Shown here: positions 1 to 9,656 of the stretch, one piece after another
How positions within the stretch are numbered: the stretch's first letter is position 1
Layout of the letters: every line of letters begins with the position of its first letter
Assembly (NCBI GenBank): GCA_000175855.1
Contig: ACYB01000037.1
Coordinates: forward strand, 100,451-132,450
Source: Raphidiopsis brookii D9
Lineage (GTDB): Bacteria; Cyanobacteriota; Cyanobacteriia; Cyanobacteriales; Nostocaceae
Direction of reading: 5' to 3'
Length of the DNA: 32,000 nucleotides
Translations under genes and position numbers: made by a program
The notes under the pieces: generated by a model
Seen by the model: only the letters and a program-made list of their open reading frames with translations
Told to the model about the DNA's origin: nothing
Databases searched by the model: none

Positions 1-573
1 TTCTAGTTTTTCTGACAAGCTCTGATTACGCCAAATATTAATATGTGCTAAATCAACTACGATTTTTATCTCAGGTAGATCTTCACAAAATTCGGTCAAC
101 TCCCAACTGTTATCCAACAGATAATAATTCCAACTATTAGGAGGTGTGGGATACATGGTTTCTACTCCCAGGACAATTCCCCGCTTCTCACAGATTTGCT
201 GTAAATGTTGAACATTTTCTTTAAACTGATTATAGGCTTTTTCTCTCTCTTGACCTCTATGAAAATCTCCTCCATGAACAGAATAGGCTGTTACTTTTAA
301 ATCTCCTAACCAGTCTATCATGCACTCAAAATACCTCCATTCCTGGGGTTCTGCTAGGTTGAAGCTTTTATGAGTTTCTCCCCAAACAAAGGCGTGATGA
401 GCTCTATAAGTCATGCCTTTTTGCTGAAATTCTTTAATCGCTTTCACTGCATCCCGATCACAACGCGGACCAATTGCTAGTTCTACCTGCTTGATTCCTA
501 ATCCCCAGAACATGGTCAAAATTTGACGAGTTGATACTCCACCATAGGCAGAGGTGCTAAAGTATAATTCCAT
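1..573 (-). CDS. Sugar phosphate isomerase/epimerase (xylose isomerase-like TIM barrel); C-terminal end runs off the window
   Basis: Hand translation of the minus strand from the ATG at 573-571 gives MELYFSTSAYGGVSTRQILTMFWGLGIKQVELAIGPRCDRD...YSVHGGDFH...LGVETM...VVDLAHINIW. The HGG, GVE and DxAH motifs are typical of this TIM-barrel family. The frame stays open to position 1. Confidence 0.7.
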   Translation of the reverse strand, partial: MELYFSTSAYGGVSTRQILTMFWGLGIKQVELAIGPRCDRDAVKAIKEFQQKGMTYRAHHAFVWGETHKSFNLAEPQEWRYFECMIDWLGDLKVTAYSVHGGDFHRGQEREKAYNQFKENVQHLQQICEKRGIVLGVETMYPTPPNSWNYYLLDNSWELTEFCEDLPEIKIVVDLAHINIWRNQSLSEKLE

Positions 574-635
574 TTGTTTCCTAATAAATTCTATTTATTA
601 AATTGTATTCAAACACTGACACTGTGGGTTTTAAC

Positions 636-839
636 TTAAAAAGTTTGGACACATAAAAAACTAATATGCCCATCTCTCCCCCTAGCTGGTCTATTTCTTA
701 TTCTGAGTGATTCATACTTCTTAATAGGTCCTTGATGGGAGATAAAATGTAGTAGGCAATTTGCTTGAGGACGAAATTGATTAGCATGTCTTTCAACTAA
801 TACTTTATATTTGAACAATATGTCATCTATACTAGTCAT
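636..839 (-). pseudogene. Truncated, degenerate copy of the neighbouring 244 aa gene (891..1625)
   Basis: N-terminus MTSIDDILFKYKVLVERHANQ parallels MTNIDSLLSSYQALSEEHAKQ. The 3' DNA (about 606-700) matches 957-1050, including the shared string ACTGACACTGTGGGTTTTA. The central ~170 codons are missing and the tail is out of frame. Confidence 0.5.
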
Positions 840-890
840 AACTTCGCTTGTGTGGACATAGTTAAAAAATGGTAACCGTCAATCTATGGC

Positions 891-1625
891 TTAACAATCA
901 TCAGATATCTTGGGAGGTGCAAACCAGGATAAGTATTTTTCCGGAATTAATGAATTATATTCAAATACTGACACTGTGGGTTTTAGTGTAAATAAACTGA
1001 TTGAATATACTACCAGTATGGCAATCTCCCGACCTAGCTGTTGAATTTCTTCCTCTTTTTCAGTAATACTTTCCAAGATGCTCTCAAAATCCCATTCTTC
1101 GCATTCTTGTATGATTTCTGCTAAAGAACATTCTTCGATATACTGATCATCGTAGGGAGTGTGGTTTATTAATAAAGGACTTTTTTCCCCTTCTATCTCT
1201 AATGAGACTACATGCTCATATCCGGTATAAAATTTTTCATCATCATAAGCATTCGTACACTCTATAACCTTGTAATCCATTAAACCTATGGACAACTTAA
1301 AGGTTGCCAACATCCAATTACTTGGCTGTGTTCTAATTATATCTATATAATCCATTTCCCAACTATATTTTCTGTGATCCAGTTTGCCTAGAAACTTTTG
1401 AAATCCCTCTGTAAATAATATGCATCCAGCATCAGTCCGTAAAGTATCAACTATCCTATTTAACGCGACACACTGGTCCTCTAGTAAATGATCGAACGCA
1501 TCATAAATTTCCTTTACTCGCTCATCTAAAATTTGGCGTATAGTTACAAATTGGTGTTCAGTCTGTTTAGCATGTTCTTCTGATAATGCTTGATAACTAG
1601 ATAATAGTGAATCAATATTTGTCAT
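891..1625 (-). CDS. Hypothetical protein, acidic, no motif recognised
   Basis: Long uninterrupted ORF (244 aa) with no better ORF overlapping it. A truncated paralog lies next to it. Confidence 0.65.
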   Translation of the reverse strand: MTNIDSLLSSYQALSEEHAKQTEHQFVTIRQILDERVKEIYDAFDHLLEDQCVALNRIVDTLRTDAGCILFTEGFQKFLGKLDHRKYSWEMDYIDIIRTQPSNWMLATFKLSIGLMDYKVIECTNAYDDEKFYTGYEHVVSLEIEGEKSPLLINHTPYDDQYIEECSLAEIIQECEEWDFESILESITEKEEEIQQLGREIAILVVYSISLFTLKPTVSVFEYNSLIPEKYLSWFAPPKISDDC

Positions 1626-1834
1626 AATTTGCCTCCTACTTAATTGATCAACACAGTGAACTGGGTAACCAATTCCACCTTAAAGCTGGAAGGTTCCACC
1701 TTTTATTAGTATATTTGTTCTACAAAAAATTGGCAACCACCTAATGTTAAGAATTATTAACAGGGGAAACAATGAGGATTGGGAATATGGAAAGAGCCAA
1801 TTCGTGATATTGTGTAGTCAGTTGTAAATGCTTA

Positions 1835-2107
1835 GTGAATATGCCTTGGTTTGTCAAAATAGAAGCAGGACTAGTGGATAAAGCCACCTTTGATCAGTAT
1901 GTCCCAGCTCATAAAGAATACGTAAAAGAACTAATAGACAAAGGACATAAAGCTAAAACTGGTTATTGGGCGAGAAAAGGTGGAGGAATGATGTTATTTG
2001 AGGCAGATTCTATGGAAGAAGCCCAGGCAATTGTTAGTGCTGATCCCTTGGTAATTAACGGTTGTGTGAGTTATGAACTACACGAGTGGAAAATTGTTTT
2101 AGAATAG
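1835..2107 (+). CDS. YciI-like family protein
   Basis: A 90 aa ORF with the size and pattern typical of YciI/DGPF-like proteins (...FDQYVPAHKEYVKELIDKGH...EADSMEEAQAIVSADPLV...YELHEW). The start may be the ATG at 1841 rather than the GTG at 1835. Confidence 0.7.
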   Translation: MNMPWFVKIEAGLVDKATFDQYVPAHKEYVKELIDKGHKAKTGYWARKGGGMMLFEADSMEEAQAIVSADPLVINGCVSYELHEWKIVLE

Positions 2108-2140
2108 TTGACCATTTTAGAAATTTTGTGTTATTATAAA

Positions 2141-2245
2141 TTCAGACCTGGATCTATGCGATCTCAACGCCTAAACCTTGTCAGGACCGGAAGGTAGCAG
2201 CAATACGGGATGCTTGTGGTAGGCGTAGTCTCCGGGTTCCCCCAT
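2141..2245 (+). ncRNA. ffs: Signal recognition particle RNA (4.5S-type)
   Basis: Positions 2180-2201 read GTCAGGACCGGAAGGTAGCAGC, which matches the conserved domain IV core of bacterial SRP RNA (E. coli GTCAGGTCCGGAAGGAAGCAGC). The flanks pair: ACGCCTA 2167-2173 with TAGGCGT 2220-2226, and ACCTGG 2146-2151 with CCGGGT 2232-2237. A T-run follows. The ends are approximate. Confidence 0.75.
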
Positions 2246-2266
2246 TTTTAGGAGTGCTTTACGGCA

Positions 2267-2569
2267 ATGCCCGCTTTTGGAAAACTTGTAGAAAAAGCTT
2301 TTTACCTAGGTGTAGGTCTAGCAGCTTATGCCAGCGAAAGAGGTGGTGAAACCCTTAACCAAATGCGATCGCAAATTGAAAAATTAGCGGAGGAAATGGA
2401 AGCGAAGGGACAAATGACCACAGAGGAAGCTCGTCGTTTTGTAGAGGAGATGATCCAACAGGCTCAGCAGTCCCAGGGTACAGCACCGGACTCAGATAAA
2501 ACTACCCCTGCAGAACCTCGTTTGATAGAAATAGTGGATGTGGAAGAGGTGGAAGAGAAAGACAAGTGA
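2267..2569 (+). CDS. Hypothetical helical protein (phasin-like/COG3937-like N-terminus; weak assignment)
   Basis: A 100 aa ORF, MPAFGKLVEKAFYLGVGLAAYASERGGETL..., with an acidic tail. The minus-strand ORFs overlapping its 3' end (2502..2828) and the adjacent gene (2609..2797) look like shadow ORFs. Confidence 0.55.
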   Translation: MPAFGKLVEKAFYLGVGLAAYASERGGETLNQMRSQIEKLAEEMEAKGQMTTEEARRFVEEMIQQAQQSQGTAPDSDKTTPAEPRLIEIVDVEEVEEKDK

Positions 2570-2610
2570 TAATAAAAATGCAATTTGTTTTAGCTATTGC
2601 ATAAAAATCT

Positions 2611-3000
2611 ATGACATCGTGGCAAGAAGAATTACTTGATATTGTTGTAACCGTATCTGCTGAAGCAGAAAAGCTATTCGAAGAAATCGATGAGATGGTA
2701 GATGCTCTTTTCGATTTAACCGAAGAAATTGGTGAACAGGTTGGGAGAGACCTGGTATCAGGTGCGGGTGTGTGTTTAAGTGAGTTATTAGACCCACTAG
2801 TGGATTTCTGTTCGGAGCTGGAGGTCATAGGATTAGAGGATCCTAGCTTTCCATATAGGGTAGAAGCTGGGTCACTGAGAAATCCTGCATGCGTGGGTTG
2901 TAGTAACTATCACGGAGAAGTATATGGTGGAAACTTACTAGTTTGCGCCATGCACCCTTATGGTTGGGATGGGGAAAAATGTCCCGACTGGGGGGAATAG
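2611..3000 (+). CDS. Hypothetical protein with a Cys/His-rich C-terminus
   Basis: A 129 aa ORF with an acidic helical N-terminal half and a C-terminal CVGCSNYHG...CAMHPYGWDGEKCPDW, a possible metal-binding knuckle. Confidence 0.55.
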   Translation: MTSWQEELLDIVVTVSAEAEKLFEEIDEMVDALFDLTEEIGEQVGRDLVSGAGVCLSELLDPLVDFCSELEVIGLEDPSFPYRVEAGSLRNPACVGCSNYHGEVYGGNLLVCAMHPYGWDGEKCPDWGE

Positions 3001-3062
3001 AAATTTTTTTGTGTGATATGTGATAATAGATAATATATGCTTTTTAGTGAGTCCCAATAATT

Positions 3063-3491
3063 ATGAGTCATTCCGTTAGTAACATTCTACCAAGTGAAAA
3101 CCCCGTTAAAGAAGTGAAATATGGTGAGCGAGAAATCGAAGAAGGCAAACTAATTACCTTTCCCAATCCTCGCGTAGGTAGGGAATACACAATTGATATT
3201 ACCTTACCTGAATTCACCTGTAAATGTCCTTTTTCAGGTTATCCTGACTTTGCCACAATTCATATTATTTACATACCAGATCAAAGAGTAGTAGAGTTAA
3301 AAGCCTTAAAGTTATATATTAACAGCTACCGGGACAAATACATTTCCCACGAAGAAGTGGCCAATCAAGTACTAGATGATATGGTTGTTGCCTGTGCCCC
3401 ATTAGAAATGACTGTAAAAGCTGATTTTAGTCCTCGTGGTAACGTACATATGGTAGTAGAAGTAAAGCATAAAAAGGGAGTAGCATTATAA
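3063..3491 (+). CDS. queF: NADPH-dependent 7-cyano-7-deazaguanine (preQ0) reductase, type I
   Basis: Contains the QueF motifs EFTCKCPFSGYPDFATI and VELKALKLYINSYRD...SHEEV. The 142 aa length fits unimodular QueF. Confidence 0.9.
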   Translation: MSHSVSNILPSENPVKEVKYGEREIEEGKLITFPNPRVGREYTIDITLPEFTCKCPFSGYPDFATIHIIYIPDQRVVELKALKLYINSYRDKYISHEEVANQVLDDMVVACAPLEMTVKADFSPRGNVHMVVEVKHKKGVAL

Positions 3492-3693
3492 TCCTCATAC
3501 CAATCTTATGCTGCATTAGGTTCCTGGACAGAGACGGAGATGTTCTGGTATCTGATTGCGATCGCCATGTCGTAGCAGATATTATAAGTTTAAGTTGAGT
3601 GCCATAGTGTCCAATAGATGAAGATAAAGCGGTTTGTACAAAACCAGATTATCATTGGTGAAAGTAGCGAACTGCTTGAGGTGAACCAGGATC

Positions 3694-5238
3694 ATGAATA
3701 TTACAGATCTCTCAAGTCCACACGTCTTATTAGATAGCTTGCTCAACCTCCGACAAGCAGTAGAAAGAGATGGGAAAACTATTTTTGACCAATGGCGATC
3801 GCACATCCAGCGTTCCCAATTTCTCCCTAGCGCCCTCAACTTAGCCCAGTATTTAGCCTTGCGGAGACATGACCTGCGTCCTTTGCAAGCTGCCCTTATG
3901 CCTTGGGGCTTGTCTTCTTTGGGTCGTATAGAAGCAAGAGTAATGGCCAATTTAGATGCGGTTATTGCTACTCTAGCATTAATTTGCGAAGTTCCCATTC
4001 CCACATCTGTTACCCGTCCTGTTATCACATCTTTTTTTGAGGGAGAGAATAGGTTAAGGGAACAGACAGAGTGCTTATTTGGTCCAGCTTTACCCCATCG
4101 TCGGGTGCGAATTATGGTCACCTTACCCACAGAAGCTGCTAGTGAATATGAAATGGTGCGGGAGATAATTGAGCGAGGTGCAACTTGTTTAAGAATAAAC
4201 TGTGCTCATGACAATCCTAGTATTTGGGAAAAGATGATTCAGAACATTCGTCAAGCTGAACAAGAACTTTCATGTCAATGTACAGTGATGATGGATTTAG
4301 GTGGTCCCAAAATTCGCACCGAAATGGTTTTATCCCCTGTAGGTAAAAATCGTGTCTTCCGAGGAGATTTAATTGTTTTGTGTCGTAGTTTGTCTAACCA
4401 AGCGATCGCAGATCCTATAGATAATATTCAGATTAGTTGTACAGTACCAGAAATTCTGGACTTACTAAAAGTGGGCACCTTAGTTTATATTGACGATGGT
4501 AAATTACGTACTCGGGTGGTTGATCAAGATTATCCTTTACCAGATGGTGGTTCTGGGTTTTTATTGGAGGTGACCCATGCTAAACCCAAGGGGGTGAAGC
4601 TGTCTCCGGAAAAGGGACTAAATTTTCCCAACATAGTATTACCCCTAATTCCACTGACACCAAAGGATCTAACTGATTTAGACTTCCTAGCTACCCATGC
4701 GGATATTATTGGCTATTCCTTTGTCCAACAAACAACAGATATCCAACTATTACAAAGCGAACTAGCACGACGATGTTTACACGGGGAACATCCAGCGATT
4801 ATTGCCAAGATTGAAACCGCTGTAGCAGTTACTAACTTACCTGAACTAATTGTTCATGCAGCGGGGAAACACCCCTTTGGAGTAATGATTGCTAGGGGAG
4901 ATCTAGCGGTAGAAATTGGCTATCAAAGATTAGCAGAGATCCAAGAAGAAATTCTCTGGTTGTGTGAAGCTGCGCACGTTCCAGTGATTTGGGCAACTCA
5001 GGTATTAGAGAGTTTAGTCAAGGAAGGTGCTCCATCGCGCGGGGAAATGACAGATGCAGCTATGGCCGAGAGAGCTGAATGTGTTATGTTGAACAAGGGA
5101 CCATTTATTACCCAAGCTGTCACCATCTTAGATGATGTGCTGACTAGGATGGAAGCTCATCAATTAAAGAAAACCCCCAATTGCGGGCCCTGCGTTCCTG
5201 GGAGAACTTTTCTGCTTCGGGGGGCGACATTTAATTGA
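3694..5238 (+). CDS. Pyruvate kinase family protein: N-terminal extension, A/B barrel only, no canonical C-terminal domain
   Basis: Pyruvate kinase barrel motifs are present: RIMVTLP, LRINCAHDN, DLGGPKIRT, IIAKIET, VMIARGDLAVEIG and ATQVLESL. About 135 aa precede the barrel. The last ~20 codons look out of frame (see findings). Confidence 0.8.
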   Translation: MNITDLSSPHVLLDSLLNLRQAVERDGKTIFDQWRSHIQRSQFLPSALNLAQYLALRRHDLRPLQAALMPWGLSSLGRIEARVMANLDAVIATLALICEVPIPTSVTRPVITSFFEGENRLREQTECLFGPALPHRRVRIMVTLPTEAASEYEMVREIIERGATCLRINCAHDNPSIWEKMIQNIRQAEQELSCQCTVMMDLGGPKIRTEMVLSPVGKNRVFRGDLIVLCRSLSNQAIADPIDNIQISCTVPEILDLLKVGTLVYIDDGKLRTRVVDQDYPLPDGGSGFLLEVTHAKPKGVKLSPEKGLNFPNIVLPLIPLTPKDLTDLDFLATHADIIGYSFVQQTTDIQLLQSELARRCLHGEHPAIIAKIETAVAVTNLPELIVHAAGKHPFGVMIARGDLAVEIGYQRLAEIQEEILWLCEAAHVPVIWATQVLESLVKEGAPSRGEMTDAAMAERAECVMLNKGPFITQAVTILDDVLTRMEAHQLKKTPNCGPCVPGRTFLLRGATFN

Positions 5239-5691
5239 TATGAAATAGGTCGTGTCTGCTTTCGTTCCTAGGAGCTGTTAACAGCTTGAGACTTGACGCT
5301 TAAATATTGGCGCACCCAGTTAGTAACATATTTGTCCATAAATGGGTGTAACCTTTTTATCCCTTCATAAGCTCTTAATCCAACTATTGCTAACCATTAG
5401 ATAATCAGCGATCATGAAGGCTTGATCCTGTTTATCTGCTCTTAATTTAGCTGTTAATTCTCGGTTATTTATCATGCATCGGAGGTAAAAAAAAACCAGG
5501 TTTTATCACTCTTTAGATATAGTTTAGATATCTATTGTGCATAGCTAATCTAATATACTGATCATTGATTTAATAATTGACTGTTCTCAATCAATTTATA
5601 TATAAAAAATTACAAAAATATACAGATAAAACCAGCCAAAATAGTCTTATCCAGGATATATATTAACTAGTATATATTAGGGAGAAAAAAT

Positions 5692-7290
5692 ATGACTGGG
5701 AAAGAGATATTACCAGAAATTGAACAATTTCGTATTTTACAATCAACCCTAGGGGAGCGCTGGAAACCCAGTGAGATATTTGACAATAGTGAGACTGATA
5801 TTTTAATTATTCCTTCCTTGAGTATTGATCAGCGAGAACTAGAAAAAGTTCCGGGTTGTGAGCATTATGAGGAAAGATTACTATTTTCTCTCATTCGTTT
5901 GCGCAACCCCCGAAATAGATTAATTTATGTCACATCCATGCCCATACATCCTAGCATTATTGACTATTATTTACAATTGCTACCGGGAATTCCGTTTTCC
6001 CATGCTCGCCATCGTCTATTAATGCTTTCTACCTACGATTCTTCTTTAAAACCGCTCAGTCAAAAAATCTTAGAACGCCCCCGATTAATAGAGAGAATAC
6101 GCCAAGCATTACAGATAGATAAAGCTTTTATAAGTTGTTACAACTCAACATTTTGGGAAGCAGAATTATCCCTAAAATTGAATATACCTCTGTATGCTGC
6201 TGCGCCAGATTTACAAATTTGGGGAACAAAAAGTGGTAGTCGAGAAATTTTTGCTCAAACTGGTGTACATCATCCAGATGGTAGTAAGTTGGTCTGGAAT
6301 GCAAAAGAGCTGGCCAGGGAAGTGGCTAAGTTGTGGGAACGTCAACCACATCTAAAAAAAATAGTTGTCAAACTAAATCAGGGTATATCTGGAAAGGGAA
6401 ATGCCATCTTAAATTTGCTTCCTTTAACAGATTTTGCTCCCGGTAAAACCAACCATGTTAAAAGAGCAGAGTCCATTGAAAAAAGCTTTGTGAATCTACG
6501 TTTTCAAGCCCAACAAGAAAATTGGATAAACTTCTCTCAACTCATTTTAGAAATGGGAGCGATCGCCGAATCATTTATAGAAGGTGAAATCAAATATTCC
6601 CCCAGTGTACAGGGAAGAATTACCCCCGATGGGACGGTAGAAATACTTTCCACCCACGATCAAATTCTCGGTGGTCCGGATGGACAAATTTATCTAGGGT
6701 GTCGGTTTCCAGCCAATGAGAATTATAGAGTAGAATTACAAGATATTGGTTTAGCTGTAGGCAAAAAACTGTCAGAAAAAGGAGCATTGGAAAGATTTGG
6801 TGTGGATTTTGTAGTAGTGGATAAAGGTAATGGCCAATGGGATATCCAAGCTATTGAAATTAATTTACGTAAAGGCGGTACTACTCACCCTTTTATGACT
6901 TTAAAGTTATTAACCAATGGAAGCTATGATTTATCCACCGGGTTATTTTACAGTCAACAAGGAAAACCTAAATATTATGTTGCTACGGACAATTTACAAA
7001 AAGACTCCTACCGTGGGCTATTACCCAGTGACTTAATGGATATTATTGCCCATCACCGATTACATTTTGACAGCGGAACAGAAACGGGAACTGTATTTCA
7101 TCTCATGGGTTGTATTTCTCAGTTTGGCAAACTAGGTTTAACTAGTATTGGCAATTCCCCTGAACAAGCAGAAGAAATTCATAATCGGGTTATTCATGTG
7201 CTTGACCAAGAAACCAATAATCAAATTAATCATTACTCCCTATTCTCTAACTATGCTTTTCCCATAGTTGAGGATACTTTTGGTTATTAA
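5692..7290 (+). CDS. ATP-grasp superfamily protein (PGM1-like peptide ligase-related)
   Basis: A 532 aa ORF. The C-terminal half has an ATP-grasp-like pattern (VVKLNQGISGKGN..., FGVDFVV...IEINLRKGGTTHP). The family assignment is from memory of similar cyanobacterial annotations. Confidence 0.6.
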   Translation: MTGKEILPEIEQFRILQSTLGERWKPSEIFDNSETDILIIPSLSIDQRELEKVPGCEHYEERLLFSLIRLRNPRNRLIYVTSMPIHPSIIDYYLQLLPGIPFSHARHRLLMLSTYDSSLKPLSQKILERPRLIERIRQALQIDKAFISCYNSTFWEAELSLKLNIPLYAAAPDLQIWGTKSGSREIFAQTGVHHPDGSKLVWNAKELAREVAKLWERQPHLKKIVVKLNQGISGKGNAILNLLPLTDFAPGKTNHVKRAESIEKSFVNLRFQAQQENWINFSQLILEMGAIAESFIEGEIKYSPSVQGRITPDGTVEILSTHDQILGGPDGQIYLGCRFPANENYRVELQDIGLAVGKKLSEKGALERFGVDFVVVDKGNGQWDIQAIEINLRKGGTTHPFMTLKLLTNGSYDLSTGLFYSQQGKPKYYVATDNLQKDSYRGLLPSDLMDIIAHHRLHFDSGTETGTVFHLMGCISQFGKLGLTSIGNSPEQAEEIHNRVIHVLDQETNNQINHYSLFSNYAFPIVEDTFGY

Positions 7291-7556
7291 TAACTGTTCT
7301 CCTTATAATATCTGATTTCATCAGATTCCGTTGCTCGCCATAACAGAGCATTATCATTTATTAATATACATTTGTCTAGTAAAGCAATGATGAGAGATCA
7401 CATGACCTCTATGTCGTTTGATTACATAATAATCGGAATAAATAAGAATAATATGATATGTCTCAACTCTTGCCTTTTGACGATGATTCTGTTATGATTA
7501 ACACTTAGTTGCCACAAAAAGCGAAAGTTGGCCTTCCCTAGTTGAGTTAAGATAAC

Positions 7557-8531
7557 ATGAAAAAATTTTTTTGCTCGGACTACTCACGAAAAATAGGAGA
7601 AGAAATAATTGGTAGTGCAACCAACTACCAAACTTATGTTTTAGTGGAATGTCCACCTCCTTGGATATCGGAAGCATTTGGCTCCAAATGGGTGCCTAGT
7701 AACCTGCAATTGCTACACGGGGAGTTAAAAAGTAAGAAAATACCAATTAGATTGTTATTGATTGCCAAGGAAGATTCCCATAAAAATCAAGAAACCACAC
7801 TGCTGATCTATCATAAACCCCAGGGTTTAACAAAAAGTTATATTAAGCGAGAATTTAAGTTGCCAAATATTGATTTAGCAGAGGGCGAAATAAGAAAATG
7901 GTTGGCAGGTAAAAATAGTAATTACGAAACACAAAATAAATTTACTAGGGATATTCTTATTTGTACCCATGGCGGTCATGATCAATGTTGTGCTAGGTAT
8001 GGCAACCCCTTTTATTTTCACGCCCAGAAGACAATTGTGGAGTTGCAATTAGAGGAAGTGAGAATTTGGAGATCTAGTCATATTGGTGGACATCGTTTCG
8101 CCCCCACAGCTATAGATTTACCGGAAGCTAGATACTATGGACTATTGGATCAACACTCCTTACAAGCGATTTTATGTCGTGCTGGAGACATTAAAATTCT
8201 AGATAGGGTTTATCGTGGGTGGGGTGTTTTACCACCAGCATTGCAGGTTTTAGAGAGGGAAATAATTTACAATCAGGGATGGGATTGGTTTAATAACAAG
8301 GCATCAGGAAGAGTGTTAGAGCAAAGCATGGACAATAATACAATATTAGCAGAGCTAAGTTATGAAAATTCTTCTGGTTGTTTATATACTCTTCAAGCCA
8401 AACTTATCAAAGATACGGTCAAAACCCAAATCTTAAAGACTTCTTGTCATGCAACAGAACAATCACTAGTTGTTAAATATGCTATTGATAACCTGTATGC
8501 TGAATCCACAGCGGTTGTATCTGTAACCTAA
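7557..8531 (+). CDS. Sucrase/ferredoxin-like family protein
   Basis: Shows the thioredoxin-like [2Fe-2S] pattern of this family: ILICTHGGHDQCCARYG ... SHIGGHRFAPT. Confidence 0.7.
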   Translation: MKKFFCSDYSRKIGEEIIGSATNYQTYVLVECPPPWISEAFGSKWVPSNLQLLHGELKSKKIPIRLLLIAKEDSHKNQETTLLIYHKPQGLTKSYIKREFKLPNIDLAEGEIRKWLAGKNSNYETQNKFTRDILICTHGGHDQCCARYGNPFYFHAQKTIVELQLEEVRIWRSSHIGGHRFAPTAIDLPEARYYGLLDQHSLQAILCRAGDIKILDRVYRGWGVLPPALQVLEREIIYNQGWDWFNNKASGRVLEQSMDNNTILAELSYENSSGCLYTLQAKLIKDTVKTQILKTSCHATEQSLVVKYAIDNLYAESTAVVSVT

Positions 8532-8542
8532 TTCAGAATGCT

Positions 8543-8938
8543 ATGTTACAAAACCTTACTCTCCGTCAATTATTAGCCATTGGTTTAGGTGCGATCGCCG
8601 GTGCTTTAGTTCGTTACTACTTAACGTTTTGGTTCACGTTGAACCTGGGGACAAGTTTTCCTTATGGGACATTTTTTATTAATCTTACTGGTTGCGTAGC
8701 AATGGGGTTTTTTACCGGTTGGATGGGACAAAAAACCATAATTTCACAGGAAGTAAGGTTAATGATTTCTACAGGATTCTTAGGCGCATATACAACTTTT
8801 TCTACATATAGTTTAGAGTCCTTAGCCTTGATTCAGGGGGGATATTTTTTCAAGGCTATTTTTTATTGGTTAGGTAGCGCAGTTTTAGGAGTTACTGGTT
8901 TATACTTGGGTGTGGTGTTTGCTCGTTATTTATTGTAG
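8543..8938 (+). CDS. crcB: Fluoride ion channel CrcB/FluC
   Basis: A 131 aa protein with four TM segments and the signature GFLGAYTTFSTYSLE. It starts 11 nt after the upstream stop codon. Confidence 0.9.
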   Translation: MLQNLTLRQLLAIGLGAIAGALVRYYLTFWFTLNLGTSFPYGTFFINLTGCVAMGFFTGWMGQKTIISQEVRLMISTGFLGAYTTFSTYSLESLALIQGGYFFKAIFYWLGSAVLGVTGLYLGVVFARYLL

Positions 8939-9008
8939 TTTTAAATCAAATTTACCGTATTTAGTGGAGACATTAATAATATAAATAATACAAATAATAT
9001 AAATCATC

Positions 9009-9656
9009 ATGAGCGAACTGGAGCGTTATTACAGACTATTAGATTTAGAGCCTGGTGCAACAATGGAAGAGATTAACCAAGCTTACAAAGATTTAGTTTT
9101 TGTTTGGCATCCCGATCGCCTACCTAAGGATAATCACCGCTTACAGAAAAAAGCCCATGATAAGATCAAAGCGTTAAATCAAGCACGGGAAAAATTACGT
9201 TCCTTTCAAGACCAGTCTCAACCTGGACATAATTCTGAGCCATCTACATCTAAAAAGTCCCCTTACCGACCAAATCAACCGCCTCCCCAAAATCCGGATC
9301 TAAGTGGTAGAGATTTTAGCCATGCCAACCTCAGCAATAAGGATCTATCAGGTAGAAATCTTAGTTATGCTAATTTAAGTGGATCCAATCTTAGTGATAC
9401 TTTTATGCACAAAGTTAATCTTAGAGGTGCAAATCTATCAGGAGCTAATTTATTTCGAGCTAACTTACTATTAGCAGATTTAAGAGAGGCAAACTTACGT
9501 TCAGCCAATTTAATAGGTGCAGATCTCAGCGGTGCAGATCTGCGAGGTGCTGACCTAACTGGTGCTAGAATGCGCTCAGGGGAGCGTCTCCTGGTCAAGC
9601 TAGTGGGCGCAAACCTTACAGGGGCCATTATGCCTGATGGTGCAATTTATGGTTAA
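9009..9656 (+). CDS. J-domain (DnaJ) protein with C-terminal pentapeptide repeats
   Basis: N-terminal J domain (YYRLLDLEPGATMEEINQAYKDLVFVWHPDR, HPD motif), a Pro/Gln linker, then A(N/D)LSG-type pentapeptide repeats from about aa 100 to 210. Confidence 0.85.
   Translation: MSELERYYRLLDLEPGATMEEINQAYKDLVFVWHPDRLPKDNHRLQKKAHDKIKALNQAREKLRSFQDQSQPGHNSEPSTSKKSPYRPNQPPPQNPDLSGRDFSHANLSNKDLSGRNLSYANLSGSNLSDTFMHKVNLRGANLSGANLFRANLLLADLREANLRSANLIGADLSGADLRGADLTGARMRSGERLLVKLVGANLTGAIMPDGAIYG

Noticed and set aside
2502-2828. Minus-strand ORFs 2502..2828 and 2609..2797, opposite the 2267 and 2611 genes
   Set aside because: Low-complexity Ser/Pro-rich translations that lie mostly antisense to the better plus-strand ORFs. 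They are typical shadow ORFs.
3582-4130. A 182 aa minus-strand ORF overlapping the start of the pyruvate-kinase-like gene
   Set aside because: It lies antisense to a gene with clear family motifs, and its Arg/Lys/Cys-rich translation has no motif.
5290-5480. Two short adjacent minus-strand frames (MINNRELTAKLRADKQDQAFMIADYLMVSNSWIKSL* and ...EGIKRLHPFMDKYVTNWVRQYLSVKSQAVNSS*) in the 450-nt gap after the pyruvate-kinase-like gene
   Set aside because: They could be a frameshifted small gene, but I recognise no family, both pieces are under 40 codons, and there is no supporting motif. The evidence is too weak to call.
7440-7556. Looked for a fluoride riboswitch ahead of crcB or its upstream partner gene
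   Set aside because: Only a weak GACGATGATTCTG resemblance to the conserved 3' CUGAUGAUGCCUAC element was found, with no convincing 5' pseudoknot partner. crcB follows the preceding gene by 11 nt, which leaves no room for a leader.
9365-9628. An 87 aa minus-strand ORF inside the pentapeptide-repeat region; also 9911..10117 inside trmFO
   Set aside because: The repetitive antisense reading of pentapeptide repeats gives an Ala/Pro/Arg-rich artefact, and the trmFO antisense ORF is the same kind of artefact.
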